64,000 nucleotides of DNA from Thermoplasmatota archaeon (GTDB taxonomy: Archaea; Thermoplasmatota; E2; UBA202; JdFR-43): contig JAPDJP010000014.1 in the NCBI GenBank assembly GCA_029259055.1, forward strand, positions 5,935 to 69,934. The letters run 5' to 3'. Of this stretch, positions 29,107 through 39,543 are shown piece after piece. The notes beneath the pieces are model-generated. The model searched no databases and was not told where the DNA came from. It worked only from the letters and a program-made list of their open reading frames with translations. The stretch's first letter is position 1. Every line of letters begins with the position of its first letter. A program made the position numbers and the translations under genes.

Positions 29107-31025
29107 GTGTATTTGTTTGTCATTGTGGCGTAAATATTGCAGGCGTTGTGGATGTTGAAAGAGTAGCTGAAGAAATAAAAAAGCATCCAAATGTTGTTTT
29201 TGCAACTACCTATCAATACATGTGCTCTGACCCTGGCCAAAACCTAATAAGACAAAAAATAGAGGAGGAGAATTTAGATGCTGTTGTTATAGCAGCTTGC
29301 TCACCTGCTATGCATGAAGAAACATTTAGAAATGTTTGCAAAGATTATTTCAATCCCTATAGGTGTGAAATGGCTAATATCAGGGAACAATGTTCATGGG
29401 TTCATGATGGGAAAGAAGCAACAGAAAAGGCAATAAAAATTGTTAAAGCAACTGTTGAAAAATTAAAAGAAAATGAGGATTTATTGCCCATTCTTGTTCC
29501 GGTAGAAAAGAGATGCTTAGTCATAGGAGGGGGTATAGCTGGAATACAAGCAGCTTTAGATATAGCTGATGCTGGTTATGAAGTTATTTTGGTGGAGAAA
29601 GAGCCAAGTATAGGAGGAAGAATGGCGCAATTGAGCGAGACATTTCCTACATTGGACTGTAGCCAATGTATTCTAACGCCTAAAATGGTTGCTTTATCAA
29701 GACATCCAAAGGTAAAGCTGTATGCATATTCCGAAATTTTGGATATATCTGGATATGTTGGCAACTTTACTGTAAAAATTTTGAAGAAGCCCCGTTATGT
29801 TGATGAAGATAAATGCACTGTATGTGGAGATTGTGAAAAAGTTTGCCCAGTTATTGTTCCAAATGAATTTGAAATGGGAAGAAAGCCAAGAAAAGCAATT
29901 TATATTCCCTTCCCCCAAGCAGTTCCTTCCACATATACTCTGGATAGAGAAGCTTGCTTAGGATTGGCTCCATTAACATGCGCTCAATGTAAAGATGCGT
30001 GCGAGGCTGGTGCCATCGATTATGATATGCAGCCGAAAATTGTTGAAGAGAAAGTCGGAGCCATTATAGTTGCTACTGGCTATAACTTATATGATAAGAA
30101 TAAGCTTGTAGAATATGGATACGGGGAGGATGATGATATAATAACAAGTTTAGAATTTGAAAGAATGCTTTCCGCCAGTGGTCCCACACAGGGCAAAATT
30201 ATAAAGCCTTCTACAGGTGAAGTGCCAAAAAAAATCGTTTTTATTCAGTGTGCTGGTTCTAGAGATAGACAGCATATGCCTTATTGTAGCAGTATATGCT
30301 GTATGTATACAGCAAAGCATGCTTTGCTATATAAACATCATGTGCCGGATGGGGAAGCATACGTTTTTTATATTGATATAAGAGCTACTGGTAAAGGTTA
30401 TGAAGAATTTATTGCAAGAGTAATGGAGGAGGAAAGAATAAATTATATTAGGGGCAAAGTAGCCAAGATATATAGAGAGGGAAATAAACTCATTGTTTGT
30501 GGAGTTGACACTCTTACAGGTAGGAGAATCGAAATAAAAGCTGATTTGGTTGTATTAGCAATGGCTATAGTTGGAAAAGAAGAGACAAAGGAAATAGCAA
30601 AGTTATTGAAAGTGGCTATAGACGAAGGAGGATTTTTAAAAGAATCTCATCCAAAATTGAAGCCAGTTGAAGCTTTATCAAGAGGCATTTATTTTGCTGG
30701 TTGCTGTCAGTCTCCAAAAGATATTCCTTCTGCTGTTGCTCAAGCTTCTGCAGCAGCATCAAAAGTTCTTGCTTTATTTGCAAAAGATAGACTCGAAAAA
30801 GATCCTTTAGTAGCTGTTATTGATGAAGAACACTGTTCTGGTTGTGGAGTCTGTATAAGTGTTTGCCCCTATGGAGCTATGACATGGCAAAATGGGAAAG
30901 CAAAATGTATAGAAGCACTTTGTGAGGGATGTGGAACCTGTGCGGCAGCTTGTCCGAGCAATAATATTGAAATGAGAAATTTCAAAGACGAACAGATTGA
31001 AAAAATGGTGGAGGTGGTTATATGA
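29091..31025 (+). CDS. hdrA: heterodisulfide reductase subunit A
   Basis: MARRIGVFVCHCGVNIAG N-term. FAD GGGIAGIQAA. Several CxxCxxCxxxCP clusters. 644 aa. Confidence 0.85.
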   Translation: MARRIGVFVCHCGVNIAGVVDVERVAEEIKKHPNVVFATTYQYMCSDPGQNLIRQKIEEENLDAVVIAACSPAMHEETFRNVCKDYFNPYRCEMANIREQCSWVHDGKEATEKAIKIVKATVEKLKENEDLLPILVPVEKRCLVIGGGIAGIQAALDIADAGYEVILVEKEPSIGGRMAQLSETFPTLDCSQCILTPKMVALSRHPKVKLYAYSEILDISGYVGNFTVKILKKPRYVDEDKCTVCGDCEKVCPVIVPNEFEMGRKPRKAIYIPFPQAVPSTYTLDREACLGLAPLTCAQCKDACEAGAIDYDMQPKIVEEKVGAIIVATGYNLYDKNKLVEYGYGEDDDIITSLEFERMLSASGPTQGKIIKPSTGEVPKKIVFIQCAGSRDRQHMPYCSSICCMYTAKHALLYKHHVPDGEAYVFYIDIRATGKGYEEFIARVMEEERINYIRGKVAKIYREGNKLIVCGVDTLTGRRIEIKADLVVLAMAIVGKEETKEIAKLLKVAIDEGGFLKESHPKLKPVEALSRGIYFAGCCQSPKDIPSAVAQASAAASKVLALFAKDRLEKDPLVAVIDEEHCSGCGVCISVCPYGAMTWQNGKAKCIEALCEGCGTCAAACPSNNIEMRNFKDEQIEKMVEVVI

Positions 31026-31441
31026 AAGAAGATTTTGAACCAAAAATTGTTGCCTTTCTTTGTAATTGGTGTGCTTATGCAGGGGCTGATATGGCTGGAA
31101 CATCCCGCCTTAAATACCCAGCAAATGTTGTGCCAATAAAAGTAATGTGCTCTGGAAGGGTTGATCCTGAATTCATATTAAATGCTTTTGAAAAAGGCGC
31201 AGACGGCGTATTCATAGGAGGCTGTCATCCAGGGGATTGCCATTATGTTAACGGAAATTTAAGAACAAGAAGAAGAGTAAAAATGATGAAAAAACTGTTG
31301 GAACAAATGGGAGTAAATCCGAAAAGATTGCGTTTAGAATGGATTTCAGCAACAGAAGGGGCTAAATTTGCAAGAGTAATAAAGGAATTTGTTGAAGAAA
31401 TTAAAGAATTAGGGCCCTCTCCATGGAGGGAAAGAAGATGA
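31022..31441 (+). CDS. mvhD: methyl-viologen-reducing hydrogenase delta subunit
   Basis: KIVAFLCNWCAYAGAD...VMCSGRV...GCHPGDCHY conserved MvhD/FlpD pattern. Confidence 0.8.
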   Translation: MKEDFEPKIVAFLCNWCAYAGADMAGTSRLKYPANVVPIKVMCSGRVDPEFILNAFEKGADGVFIGGCHPGDCHYVNGNLRTRRRVKMMKKLLEQMGVNPKRLRLEWISATEGAKFARVIKEFVEEIKELGPSPWRERR

Positions 31442-32361
31442 AAAACGTAAAGAAGAAAATAGCAATGTATTGGGGAGCTGGTTGTGGGGGATGCGATGTC
31501 TCATTGCTTGGCATACATGAGAAATTGTTGGATTTGCTCGATGAAATTGAAATCGTTTTTTGGCCATGTGCAATGGATATAAAATACGAGGACTTGGAAA
31601 AAATGGAAGATAAGAGCATAGATATTGCTTTTTATAATGGAGCAATAAGAACTGAGGAAAATGAAGAAATTGCCAAATTATTGAGGAAGAAAGCAAAATT
31701 GATGGTGGCTTATGGTTCATGTGCTATAGAGGGATGCGTTATAGGATTAGCGAATTTGTATAATAAAAAAGAAATTTTTGAAGCTGTTTATTTAAAAAAC
31801 GAGACAACAAAAGAAAAAATTTTGCCTTCTCGTGATTTACCAGAATTTTTACCATATTTAAAGACATTGGACCAAGTAGTAAAAGTAGATGCATTTATTC
31901 CGGGTTGTCCTCCCCCTAAGCCAGTATTAGAAGAAGCTTTAGATGCCTTACTTCAAGGAAAAACAAAATTTGGAAAAGAGGTAGCTTTATGTGAAGAATG
32001 CCCGCGTAAAGATACAAAACCAGAAAAAATAGAGATAAGCAAATTTTATAGATGGCATGAGAAAGAAGATAATGGAGAATGTTTTTTGGCACAGGGTATC
32101 ATCTGTATGGGTCCCGCTACACGAGCTGGTTGTAAAGGGGAATGCATTTCTGCAAATATTCCATGTACTGGTTGCATGGGTGCATTGCCTAGAGTTAGAG
32201 ACCAAGGGGCGGCGATGCTCTCAGCGATTGCATCATTATTGGATGTGGAAGATGAAAAGGAGGATGAAGTTATAGATAGTATTAAGGATATAATCGGAAC
32301 ATTTTATAAATATTCTACAGCAAAATTGTTGCCAAGAGGAGGGATGAAAGATGAAAGTTAG
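31438..32361 (+). CDS. mvhG: [NiFe] hydrogenase small subunit (F420-non-reducing)
   Basis: IAMYWGAGCGGCDVSLL proximal-cluster motif. Start set to ATG of ATGA overlap with mvhD stop. Confidence 0.8.
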   Translation: MKNVKKKIAMYWGAGCGGCDVSLLGIHEKLLDLLDEIEIVFWPCAMDIKYEDLEKMEDKSIDIAFYNGAIRTEENEEIAKLLRKKAKLMVAYGSCAIEGCVIGLANLYNKKEIFEAVYLKNETTKEKILPSRDLPEFLPYLKTLDQVVKVDAFIPGCPPPKPVLEEALDALLQGKTKFGKEVALCEECPRKDTKPEKIEISKFYRWHEKEDNGECFLAQGIICMGPATRAGCKGECISANIPCTGCMGALPRVRDQGAAMLSAIASLLDVEDEKEDEVIDSIKDIIGTFYKYSTAKLLPRGGMKDES

Positions 32362-33799
32362 TTGTAATAGCAAAATATGCATTAACCCCATAACAAGATT
32401 GGAAGGGCATGGAAGAATAGATATAATTTTAGATGAAAATGGAAGAGTTGAAAAAGCATATATGATTATCCCTGAATTAAGGGGATTCGAAAAATTTTGC
32501 CAAGGAAGGAAAGCCGAAGATATGCCAATAATAACTTCCCGCATTTGTGGAGTGTGCCCGGAAGCGCATCATATGGCCGCAGCAAAAGCATTAGATATGG
32601 CCTTTAATGTTGAGCCACCTAAAACCGCCAAATTATTGAGGGAATTACTTTACAATGCTTATATATACTATGACCATTGCTTGCATTTATATTATTTAGG
32701 AGGTATTGATGTTTTACTTGGAGATGTTCCCAAAGAAGAAAGAAATGTGATAGGGTTAATAAAAAAATTCGGAGTAGAAATAGGAAAGGAAGTTATAAAA
32801 CATCGCCGTTATGCAATGGAAATTGTTAAAATTCTGGGCGGACGGGAGATACACCCTGTGGCGGCAATACCTGGAGGAGTAAGTAAGGGAATAAATGAGG
32901 AAGAAAGGGAAGAAATCAGGAAAAAAGCTGAATCGTGTGTTAAATTTGCTTTAAAAAGCTTAGAAATTTTTAAAGATGTTTTTAATAGCAAAAGATGGAA
33001 TGAATTGCTTGGCTTAGATAAAATACAAACATATTATATGGGGTTAGTTGATGAAAAAAATCGTGTAAATTATTATGATGGGGACATAAGAATTGTTGAT
33101 CCAGATGGTAAAGAATTTGCAAAAGTAAAGACAAAAGATATTTTAAATTATATAGAAGAGCATGTTGAAGAATGGACTTATGTAAAATTTCCCTACTTAA
33201 AGCAAATTGGATGGAAAGGATTCATTGATGGGAAGGATAGTGGCATTTATAGAGTAGGGTCGTTAGCAAGGCTTAATGTTGCGGATGGAATGAATACTAA
33301 GCATGCTATGGAAGAGTTTAAGGAATTTAGGAAAGATGGTATAGTGCATGAAACCTTTGGATATTATTATGCCCGCCTTATAGAAATGTTAAATGCAGCA
33401 GAAAGAATGCTTGATTTAGTAGAGCAAGATGAAATAGTAGGTAATGATTTGCGAAATATGCCAAACGAGCCCAATGAAGGCGTAGGAGTTGTGGAAGCTG
33501 CTAGAGGTGTGCTAATTCATCATTATAAGCTAAATAATGATGGATTAGTTGAAAAAGTAAATCTTATTGTTGCTACAACAAATAATAATGCTGCCATTAA
33601 TATGAGTGTTGCAAATACTGCAAAAAAGGTTATTGACAAAGGAGAAATAAATGATATTCTATTGAATAAGGTTGAAGCTGCCTTTAGATGTTACGACCCT
33701 TGTTTAGCCTGCGCTTCACATGCTTTGGGGCAGATGCCTCTGATAGTAAACCTATATAAAGGAAAAAAATTTTATAGGAGGCTCGAAAAAAATGTATAG
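32351..33799 (+). CDS. mvhA: [NiFe] hydrogenase large subunit (F420-non-reducing)
   Basis: N-terminal RICGVCPEAHH and C-terminal DPCLACASHA Ni-binding CxxC pairs. Confidence 0.85.
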   Translation: MKVSCNSKICINPITRLEGHGRIDIILDENGRVEKAYMIIPELRGFEKFCQGRKAEDMPIITSRICGVCPEAHHMAAAKALDMAFNVEPPKTAKLLRELLYNAYIYYDHCLHLYYLGGIDVLLGDVPKEERNVIGLIKKFGVEIGKEVIKHRRYAMEIVKILGGREIHPVAAIPGGVSKGINEEEREEIRKKAESCVKFALKSLEIFKDVFNSKRWNELLGLDKIQTYYMGLVDEKNRVNYYDGDIRIVDPDGKEFAKVKTKDILNYIEEHVEEWTYVKFPYLKQIGWKGFIDGKDSGIYRVGSLARLNVADGMNTKHAMEEFKEFRKDGIVHETFGYYYARLIEMLNAAERMLDLVEQDEIVGNDLRNMPNEPNEGVGVVEAARGVLIHHYKLNNDGLVEKVNLIVATTNNNAAINMSVANTAKKVIDKGEINDILLNKVEAAFRCYDPCLACASHALGQMPLIVNLYKGKKFYRRLEKNV

Positions 33800-34238
33800 T
33801 GTTGTTGTTGGCATTGGAAATCCTTTGCTTGGGGATGATGCGGTTGGTTTGGAAGTTGTTAAAAGGTTAAAGGAAAAGAATGAAAAAAATGTAGACACAA
33901 AGCTTTGCATGGCTGGAGGGCTTGAGTTGGCAGAGACGATTGCCGATTACGATTTAGCTATCATAGTCGATGCTGTTAAAGGCATAGATGGAGTCAAAGA
34001 AATTAGTATAGATGACTATAAAGAAAGCGTTGCTAATCATGATATAAGTTTTCCATCTGCCTATAGAATTCTATCAAAATATATTAGGATGCCAAAAGTG
34101 AGAATCGTAGGAATAGGAATAAATAATATAGAAATGAAAGAAGAAATTTCTGATGAAACTAAAGAAAAAATACCTGTTGCAATAAAATTTATTAAAAAAA
34201 TATTGGAGGAAGAAAATGAACTTGTTGGAGAAAGTTGA
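33792..34238 (+). CDS. hydrogenase maturation endopeptidase (HycI/FrhD family)
   Basis: VVVGIGNPLLGDDAVG metal-binding motif. 148 aa. Confidence 0.7.
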   Translation: MYSVVVGIGNPLLGDDAVGLEVVKRLKEKNEKNVDTKLCMAGGLELAETIADYDLAIIVDAVKGIDGVKEISIDDYKESVANHDISFPSAYRILSKYIRMPKVRIVGIGINNIEMKEEISDETKEKIPVAIKFIKKILEEENELVGES

Positions 34239-34572
34239 GGAATTAAGCGGGCAAAATTTGTATGCCTGTTATCAATGTGGGCGTTGTTCAGCAGGTTGCC
34301 CCATGGTTGAACAAATGGATTTATTGCCTAATCAGGTTATATTGTTGGTTATAAGAGGAGATCAAAGTGTTGTAGAAGCTAAAACGCCATGGATATGCGC
34401 AGAATGTTATCAATGCTTTACAAGATGTCCAAAAGAAGTAGATATTGCAAAAATAATGGAAGCATTGCGCTTGATAAAATTGAGGAAAAATATCGATTAT
34501 ATTAAATTGGGGGAATTAAAGAATTTACCACAAATTGCCTTAGTAGCTGGTGCAAGAAAATATACGGGGTGA
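34216..34572 (+). CDS. hdrC: heterodisulfide reductase subunit C-like (2x[4Fe-4S])
   Basis: CYQCGRCSAGCP and CAECYQCFTRCP motifs. Confidence 0.75.
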   Translation: MNLLEKVEELSGQNLYACYQCGRCSAGCPMVEQMDLLPNQVILLVIRGDQSVVEAKTPWICAECYQCFTRCPKEVDIAKIMEALRLIKLRKNIDYIKLGELKNLPQIALVAGARKYTG

Positions 34573-34576
34573 AAAA

Positions 34577-35359
34577 ATGGAGGAAATGGCTTATTATCCG
34601 GGATGTACATTAAAAACAAATGCAAAAGAATTTGAAGAAAGTTTGCTAAGAGTATTTAAGAAATTGGGAATCAGGCTTAAAGAATTGAATAAATGGTACT
34701 GTTGCGGTACAGTATATAGCTTAGCTACTGATAACTTAATGTATAGGCTAGCAGCAATAAGAAATTTAATAAAAGTTATGGAAGAAGGATATGATAAAGT
34801 TGTTGTTCCCTGTTCAATATGTTACAATACCCTAAAACAAGCAAATTTAATGGCAAGAAATGACAAAGAGGCGATGGAAAAAATAAATTCCTTTATGGAC
34901 GAAGAGCCAGATTATGACGGAAGCGTTGAAGTTTTACATCCTTTAGAATTATTAAGAGAAAAAATAGATAAATTAAAAGGAAAATTAAATGGAAAATATG
35001 CATGTTATTATGGTTGCTTGTTGTTGCGCCCAAAAGAAGTTGCTATAGATGAATATGAGATGCCTACAATAATGGAAAAAATTGTTGAAGCTTTAGGAGG
35101 GAGCGTCGTTAATTTTCCTTTAAAAAATGAATGTTGCGGAAGTTATAATGTGGTTAGCAATAAAGAAGCTGTTATTGATAGGGTTTATAGGATTATAATG
35201 AATGCAAGGAAAAACGAAGCAGAAGCAATATTAACTTCATGCCCTCTTTGCCATTTCAACTTAAAGGAAATGCAAAATGAAATAAAAAAAATTCATGCAG
35301 ATTTTGTTGATATGCCAATATATTATTTTAGCCAAATAATAGAGGAAGCGTTAGAATAA
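34577..35359 (+). CDS. hdrB: heterodisulfide reductase subunit B-like (two CCG domains)
   Basis: YYPGCT ... WYCCG ... second Cys-rich CCG region (YYGCLL, CCGS). Start moved to MEEMAYY. Confidence 0.8.
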   Translation: MEEMAYYPGCTLKTNAKEFEESLLRVFKKLGIRLKELNKWYCCGTVYSLATDNLMYRLAAIRNLIKVMEEGYDKVVVPCSICYNTLKQANLMARNDKEAMEKINSFMDEEPDYDGSVEVLHPLELLREKIDKLKGKLNGKYACYYGCLLLRPKEVAIDEYEMPTIMEKIVEALGGSVVNFPLKNECCGSYNVVSNKEAVIDRVYRIIMNARKNEAEAILTSCPLCHFNLKEMQNEIKKIHADFVDMPIYYFSQIIEEALE

Positions 35360-35380
35360 AAATGAGAAAGGAGGGATAAA

Positions 35381-36121
35381 ATGGCAAGAAAAAGGAAGGA
35401 AGGAAGAAAAAAGGAAGAAATGAAAATGGTCAGAATTTATATTATGGGGAAGGAATATAAGGTGCCGGCTGGCTTAACAATAATGAAGGCAATGGAATAT
35501 GCTGGTTATCGTTACATAAGGGGAGCTGGTTGCAGAGCTGGGTTTTGTGGGGCTTGTGCCACTGTCTACAGAAAGGAAGGAGATTACAAATTATATGCAG
35601 ATTTAGCCTGCCAAACAACAGTTGAAGATGGAATGTGGCTTGTACAGCTTCCATTTACTCCAGCAAACAAAGCGACCTATGATTTGGAGGAAATAAAGTT
35701 AGATGATAAAACGCTTGTTAATTTCTATCCAGAAATAGCTAGATGCGTTTCTTGTAATACATGTACAAAAGCGTGCCCCCAGGAACTGGAAGTAATGGAT
35801 TATATACAAGCTTGTTTAAGAGGAGATATCAAAAAAGCTGCTGAGCTTTCTTTTGATTGCATACAATGTGGTTTATGTGCTTTACGATGTCCTGCAGAAA
35901 TAGCTCATTATCATGTTAGCCAGCTTGCAAGGCGATTATATGGAAAATATATTGCTCCAAAAGCAAAGCATTTAGAAAAGAGAGTTGAAGAAATAAAAGA
36001 AGGAAAATTCGATAAAGAAATGAAAGAAATCATGGAAAAGAGTATAGAAGAGCTTAAAGAAATGTATAATTCTCGTTATATAGAGCCGGAAGAAGAGGAA
36101 ATTGTTGTTGAAGCTGACTAG
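35381..36121 (+). CDS. succinate dehydrogenase/fumarate reductase iron-sulfur subunit-like (2Fe-2S + 2x4Fe-4S), no CCG domain
   Basis: GCRAGFCGACA plant-type 2Fe-2S. CVSCNTCTKACP and CIQCGLCALRCP. True start probably MKMVRIY within the Lys-rich leader. Confidence 0.7.
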   Translation: MARKRKEGRKKEEMKMVRIYIMGKEYKVPAGLTIMKAMEYAGYRYIRGAGCRAGFCGACATVYRKEGDYKLYADLACQTTVEDGMWLVQLPFTPANKATYDLEEIKLDDKTLVNFYPEIARCVSCNTCTKACPQELEVMDYIQACLRGDIKKAAELSFDCIQCGLCALRCPAEIAHYHVSQLARRLYGKYIAPKAKHLEKRVEEIKEGKFDKEMKEIMEKSIEELKEMYNSRYIEPEEEEIVVEAD

Positions 36122-36129
36122 GTGAGAAA

Positions 36130-37779
36130 ATGTATCCAAAAGAATTTGAAAAATCTATAAGAAAGGTTGAAGAAACAAGGCAAGAAAGGCTTAAAAAGCC
36201 TCCGGAGAGGTTAGGCGAAAAAGAAAAGGAAGAATTATTAAAGAAATGGCATCCAGATTATAAGCCGGAGGCAAAAAGAAAATTAAGAGTAGGAGTAAGT
36301 AAAGGAAGCATTGTACCAAATGAGGTTGCAGACATAATTGAGGCATATCCTTTAATTAATCCAGATGAGATCGATTTAAGCCAAATTGACTATGAAACCG
36401 ATATTTTAATTATTGGAGGTGGAGGTGCAGGAACTGCGGCAGCTTTATTTGCATACTATAATGGCATATCTCCAGAAAATATAATAATTGCAACAAAACT
36501 TCGCCATGGGGACAGCAATACAATAATGGCTCAGGGAGGAATACAAGCTGCAGACAAAGAAAATGATTCACCAGTTATCCATTATTTGGATGTTATAGGA
36601 GGAGGACATTTCGCAAACAAGCCGGAGTTAGTGGCTAGGCTTGTTTTAGATGCTCCTTTAATAATAAAATGGCATGAAGAACTTGGTGTAATGTATGATA
36701 AAAAGGAAGATGGAGAAATGATAACTATACATGGAGGAGGTACTAGCCGAAAAAGAATGCATTCAGCCAAAGATTATACCGGAATGGAAATAATGCGCGT
36801 GCTAAGAGACGAGGCAAGAAATATTGGTATAGAAGTATTGGAATTTTCTCCAGCCATTGATTTACTTATTGATGATGAGGGAAAAGTAGGCGGAGCATTG
36901 CTATATAATTTGGAAACAGACCAATATTATGTTGTAAAAGCGAAGGCAGTTATTCTGGCAACAGGAGGATTTGGAAGATTACATATACAAGGATTTCCAA
37001 CAACCAACCACTATGGAGCAACAGCCGACGGCCTAGTAATGGCGTATAGAGTTGGAGCAAAGCTTAGAGATATGGATTCTGTACAATATCATCCTACTGG
37101 TGTAGCGTATCCTGAACAAATAGTTGGGTTACTTGTTACGGAAAAGGTGAGAGGATTAGGTGCTCAACCTGTGAATGTGGAGGGAGAACAATTCGTACAT
37201 CCTCTGGAGCCAAGAGATGTTGAAGCAGCTGCAATCATAAGAGAATGTTATGGAAGAAATAAAGGTGTTATTACACCTACTGGAATGCGTGGAATATGGC
37301 TCGATTCCCCAATGATTGAAATAATACATGGAAAGGGAACTATTGAAAGAAGGCTTGGAGCAATGTTTAGAATGTTTAAGAGATTTGATATTGATATGCG
37401 TTACGAACCAATTCTTGTGTTTCCGACGCTTCATTATCAAAATGGGGGTATTGAAATAAATGAGAATGCTCAAGTTCTCGGCATAAATGGAATAATAAAG
37501 GGACTATTTGCAGCTGGAGAAGTAGAAGGAGGAGTTCACGGAAAAAATAGGCTTATGGGTAATTCATTGTTAGATACACAAGTATTTGGAAGAATAGCTG
37601 GAATTAATGCTGCAAAATATTCAAGAAAGGCAAAAGTAGGAAAATTGAGTTTAGAGCATGTCAAAAAATATGTAGAAGAGCTAAAAAAGGCAGGAATAAA
37701 GGAAGAAAGAAAAGCCCCAATCTTGCTTCCAGATTATAGAGAAAAGAAAGTATTATCGAGAGCAATAGACATATTATAG
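36130..37779 (+). CDS. fumarate reductase/succinate dehydrogenase flavoprotein-like (TfrA-like) with about 90-aa N-terminal extension
   Basis: ILIIGGGGAGTAAAL FAD motif. SVQYHPTG (QFHPTG-type) motif. C-terminal helical domain. Confidence 0.75.
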   Translation: MYPKEFEKSIRKVEETRQERLKKPPERLGEKEKEELLKKWHPDYKPEAKRKLRVGVSKGSIVPNEVADIIEAYPLINPDEIDLSQIDYETDILIIGGGGAGTAAALFAYYNGISPENIIIATKLRHGDSNTIMAQGGIQAADKENDSPVIHYLDVIGGGHFANKPELVARLVLDAPLIIKWHEELGVMYDKKEDGEMITIHGGGTSRKRMHSAKDYTGMEIMRVLRDEARNIGIEVLEFSPAIDLLIDDEGKVGGALLYNLETDQYYVVKAKAVILATGGFGRLHIQGFPTTNHYGATADGLVMAYRVGAKLRDMDSVQYHPTGVAYPEQIVGLLVTEKVRGLGAQPVNVEGEQFVHPLEPRDVEAAAIIRECYGRNKGVITPTGMRGIWLDSPMIEIIHGKGTIERRLGAMFRMFKRFDIDMRYEPILVFPTLHYQNGGIEINENAQVLGINGIIKGLFAAGEVEGGVHGKNRLMGNSLLDTQVFGRIAGINAAKYSRKAKVGKLSLEHVKKYVEELKKAGIKEERKAPILLPDYREKKVLSRAIDIL

Positions 37780-39543
37780 CAATATTCTACCTATCTCTTC
37801 CAACGTATCTAAATCATTCATTTTGACCATCTTATTTGATATAGTATATAATACATTGTCAATATATAATGCTCTTTTTACAAAGCTTTCGTAATCCCAG
37901 CAAATTTCTTCTAAATGGGTTATTCTCCCTTTAAATTTAAATCCGCTTAAATTCAATTTGTATACATAAGCTCCCTGAAAAACAAACTTTCTGTATATTC
38001 TTGAATAATTTGCATCTATTTCTTTGCACATTTCGTGCACTCTGACAGGTATAACTAACAATTCTTTTTTTCTATCGAACAAAAATGCTTTATGGTCATA
38101 TAATGCCAAGCTATCCGTTCCTATATCTCCTATAACAACCTTATCTATTTCTTTGGGTTCATCAGGATTGGTAACATCAAATAAAGCAATTTTAAGTCCT
38201 TCTGTAACTCCAATATTTTCGTCTGCCTCTTTCCCTATTCCAATTATGTGATTCTCATCATATGGATGCAAATAATCGGAATAGCCAGGTATTTTTAATT
38301 TTCCTAAGATCTCAGGTTTATAAGGGTTGGATAAATTTATAACAAAAAATGGGTCCATCCTTTTAAAAGTTACAAGATATGCCCTATTTCCCATAAATCT
38401 TGCAGAATAAATTTCTTCTCCAACAGCAATATTTTCTAATTTTCCTACTATACTTAGATTTTCGTCCAATATGTAAATATTATTACTTGAGTTTGTCCAT
38501 GAATAACCAATTGTTGTGGCTATCCTAAAAAATCCATTATATTCGTCCATGGAAAATTGATTTAGAATTCTTCCCAATACTTCTCCAAATGCTTCATATG
38601 AGATTTTGCCATTTTTTATTGATATTCTATGAATTATTGTTCTTTCTTTGTAATAATAACTATAACTGTATTTTCTACACGCTAAGAATATATTATACTT
38701 TGAAACATACATTGTTTGCACATTACCAATAACAAAACTTTTTTGGTCAATAATTTCTCCTCTTATACTTATCGCAATAACATTTGTAATGGAATCTATT
38801 GTATAAGGCATGTCCATGTAATAAATGCAATTAATAGGTGTTGATATGGTCTCATTATCAATTCTTATTTTTGGTAAATTTAATATTTCCTTTTCTTCAT
38901 AAGTAAAATAAATATCAAATGGTTCTTCAATAGTTACAATATAAACATAGTTATCCAGCATTCTTGCATCGAAATATCTTCCGTCTACTTCGATGTCTTT
39001 TATTAATTTAGGCTCTTCTCTATTTGAAATATTATATATCTTAATGAGTGTTGTTGGAAAACCTCTGGAGTAATTCCCAAATTCTAAATATCTATAGGAA
39101 TAGCAAAAAACAATGAGATAATCCTTATTAATAAAAATATCCATTGGTTCAACGTCTAATACTATTTTGGAAGAAATATTAGCATTTTCTGGAGGATAAG
39201 CCCTTATAATATAAATTTTCTGGTTCGTAACCATATAAATATATTCTCCATCTGTTTTGACAAAATCTGGTTCATCAACTCCTTCTACCTGAACATTTGT
39301 TTTAGAAAAATCAATATAATCTGATGATTTGGCATGAAAATCTGCTCCTTCTACAGCATCTACAACAATTTCTCCTTTATATACTGGAGTAAAAATTTCC
39401 CCCATATTATTTCTGAAAAATTCCAAAACTTGATGATATGTAGTGAAGGGTTTTAATTTATATGTATACTCTCCTCGGCTTGGGATGATGACTACCAATG
39501 TTATTAATATTAAAATTACCAATGCTATTTTTTTCCAGTCCAT
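37774..39543 (-). CDS. secreted beta-propeller-domain protein (COG4880-like)
   Basis: N-terminal TM/signal. C-terminal repetitive blade-like segments as in the archaeal secreted beta-propeller family. Recall-based. Confidence 0.45.
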   Translation of the reverse strand: MDWKKIALVILILITLVVIIPSRGEYTYKLKPFTTYHQVLEFFRNNMGEIFTPVYKGEIVVDAVEGADFHAKSSDYIDFSKTNVQVEGVDEPDFVKTDGEYIYMVTNQKIYIIRAYPPENANISSKIVLDVEPMDIFINKDYLIVFCYSYRYLEFGNYSRGFPTTLIKIYNISNREEPKLIKDIEVDGRYFDARMLDNYVYIVTIEEPFDIYFTYEEKEILNLPKIRIDNETISTPINCIYYMDMPYTIDSITNVIAISIRGEIIDQKSFVIGNVQTMYVSKYNIFLACRKYSYSYYYKERTIIHRISIKNGKISYEAFGEVLGRILNQFSMDEYNGFFRIATTIGYSWTNSSNNIYILDENLSIVGKLENIAVGEEIYSARFMGNRAYLVTFKRMDPFFVINLSNPYKPEILGKLKIPGYSDYLHPYDENHIIGIGKEADENIGVTEGLKIALFDVTNPDEPKEIDKVVIGDIGTDSLALYDHKAFLFDRKKELLVIPVRVHEMCKEIDANYSRIYRKFVFQGAYVYKLNLSGFKFKGRITHLEEICWDYESFVKRALYIDNVLYTISNKMVKMNDLDTLEEIGRILL

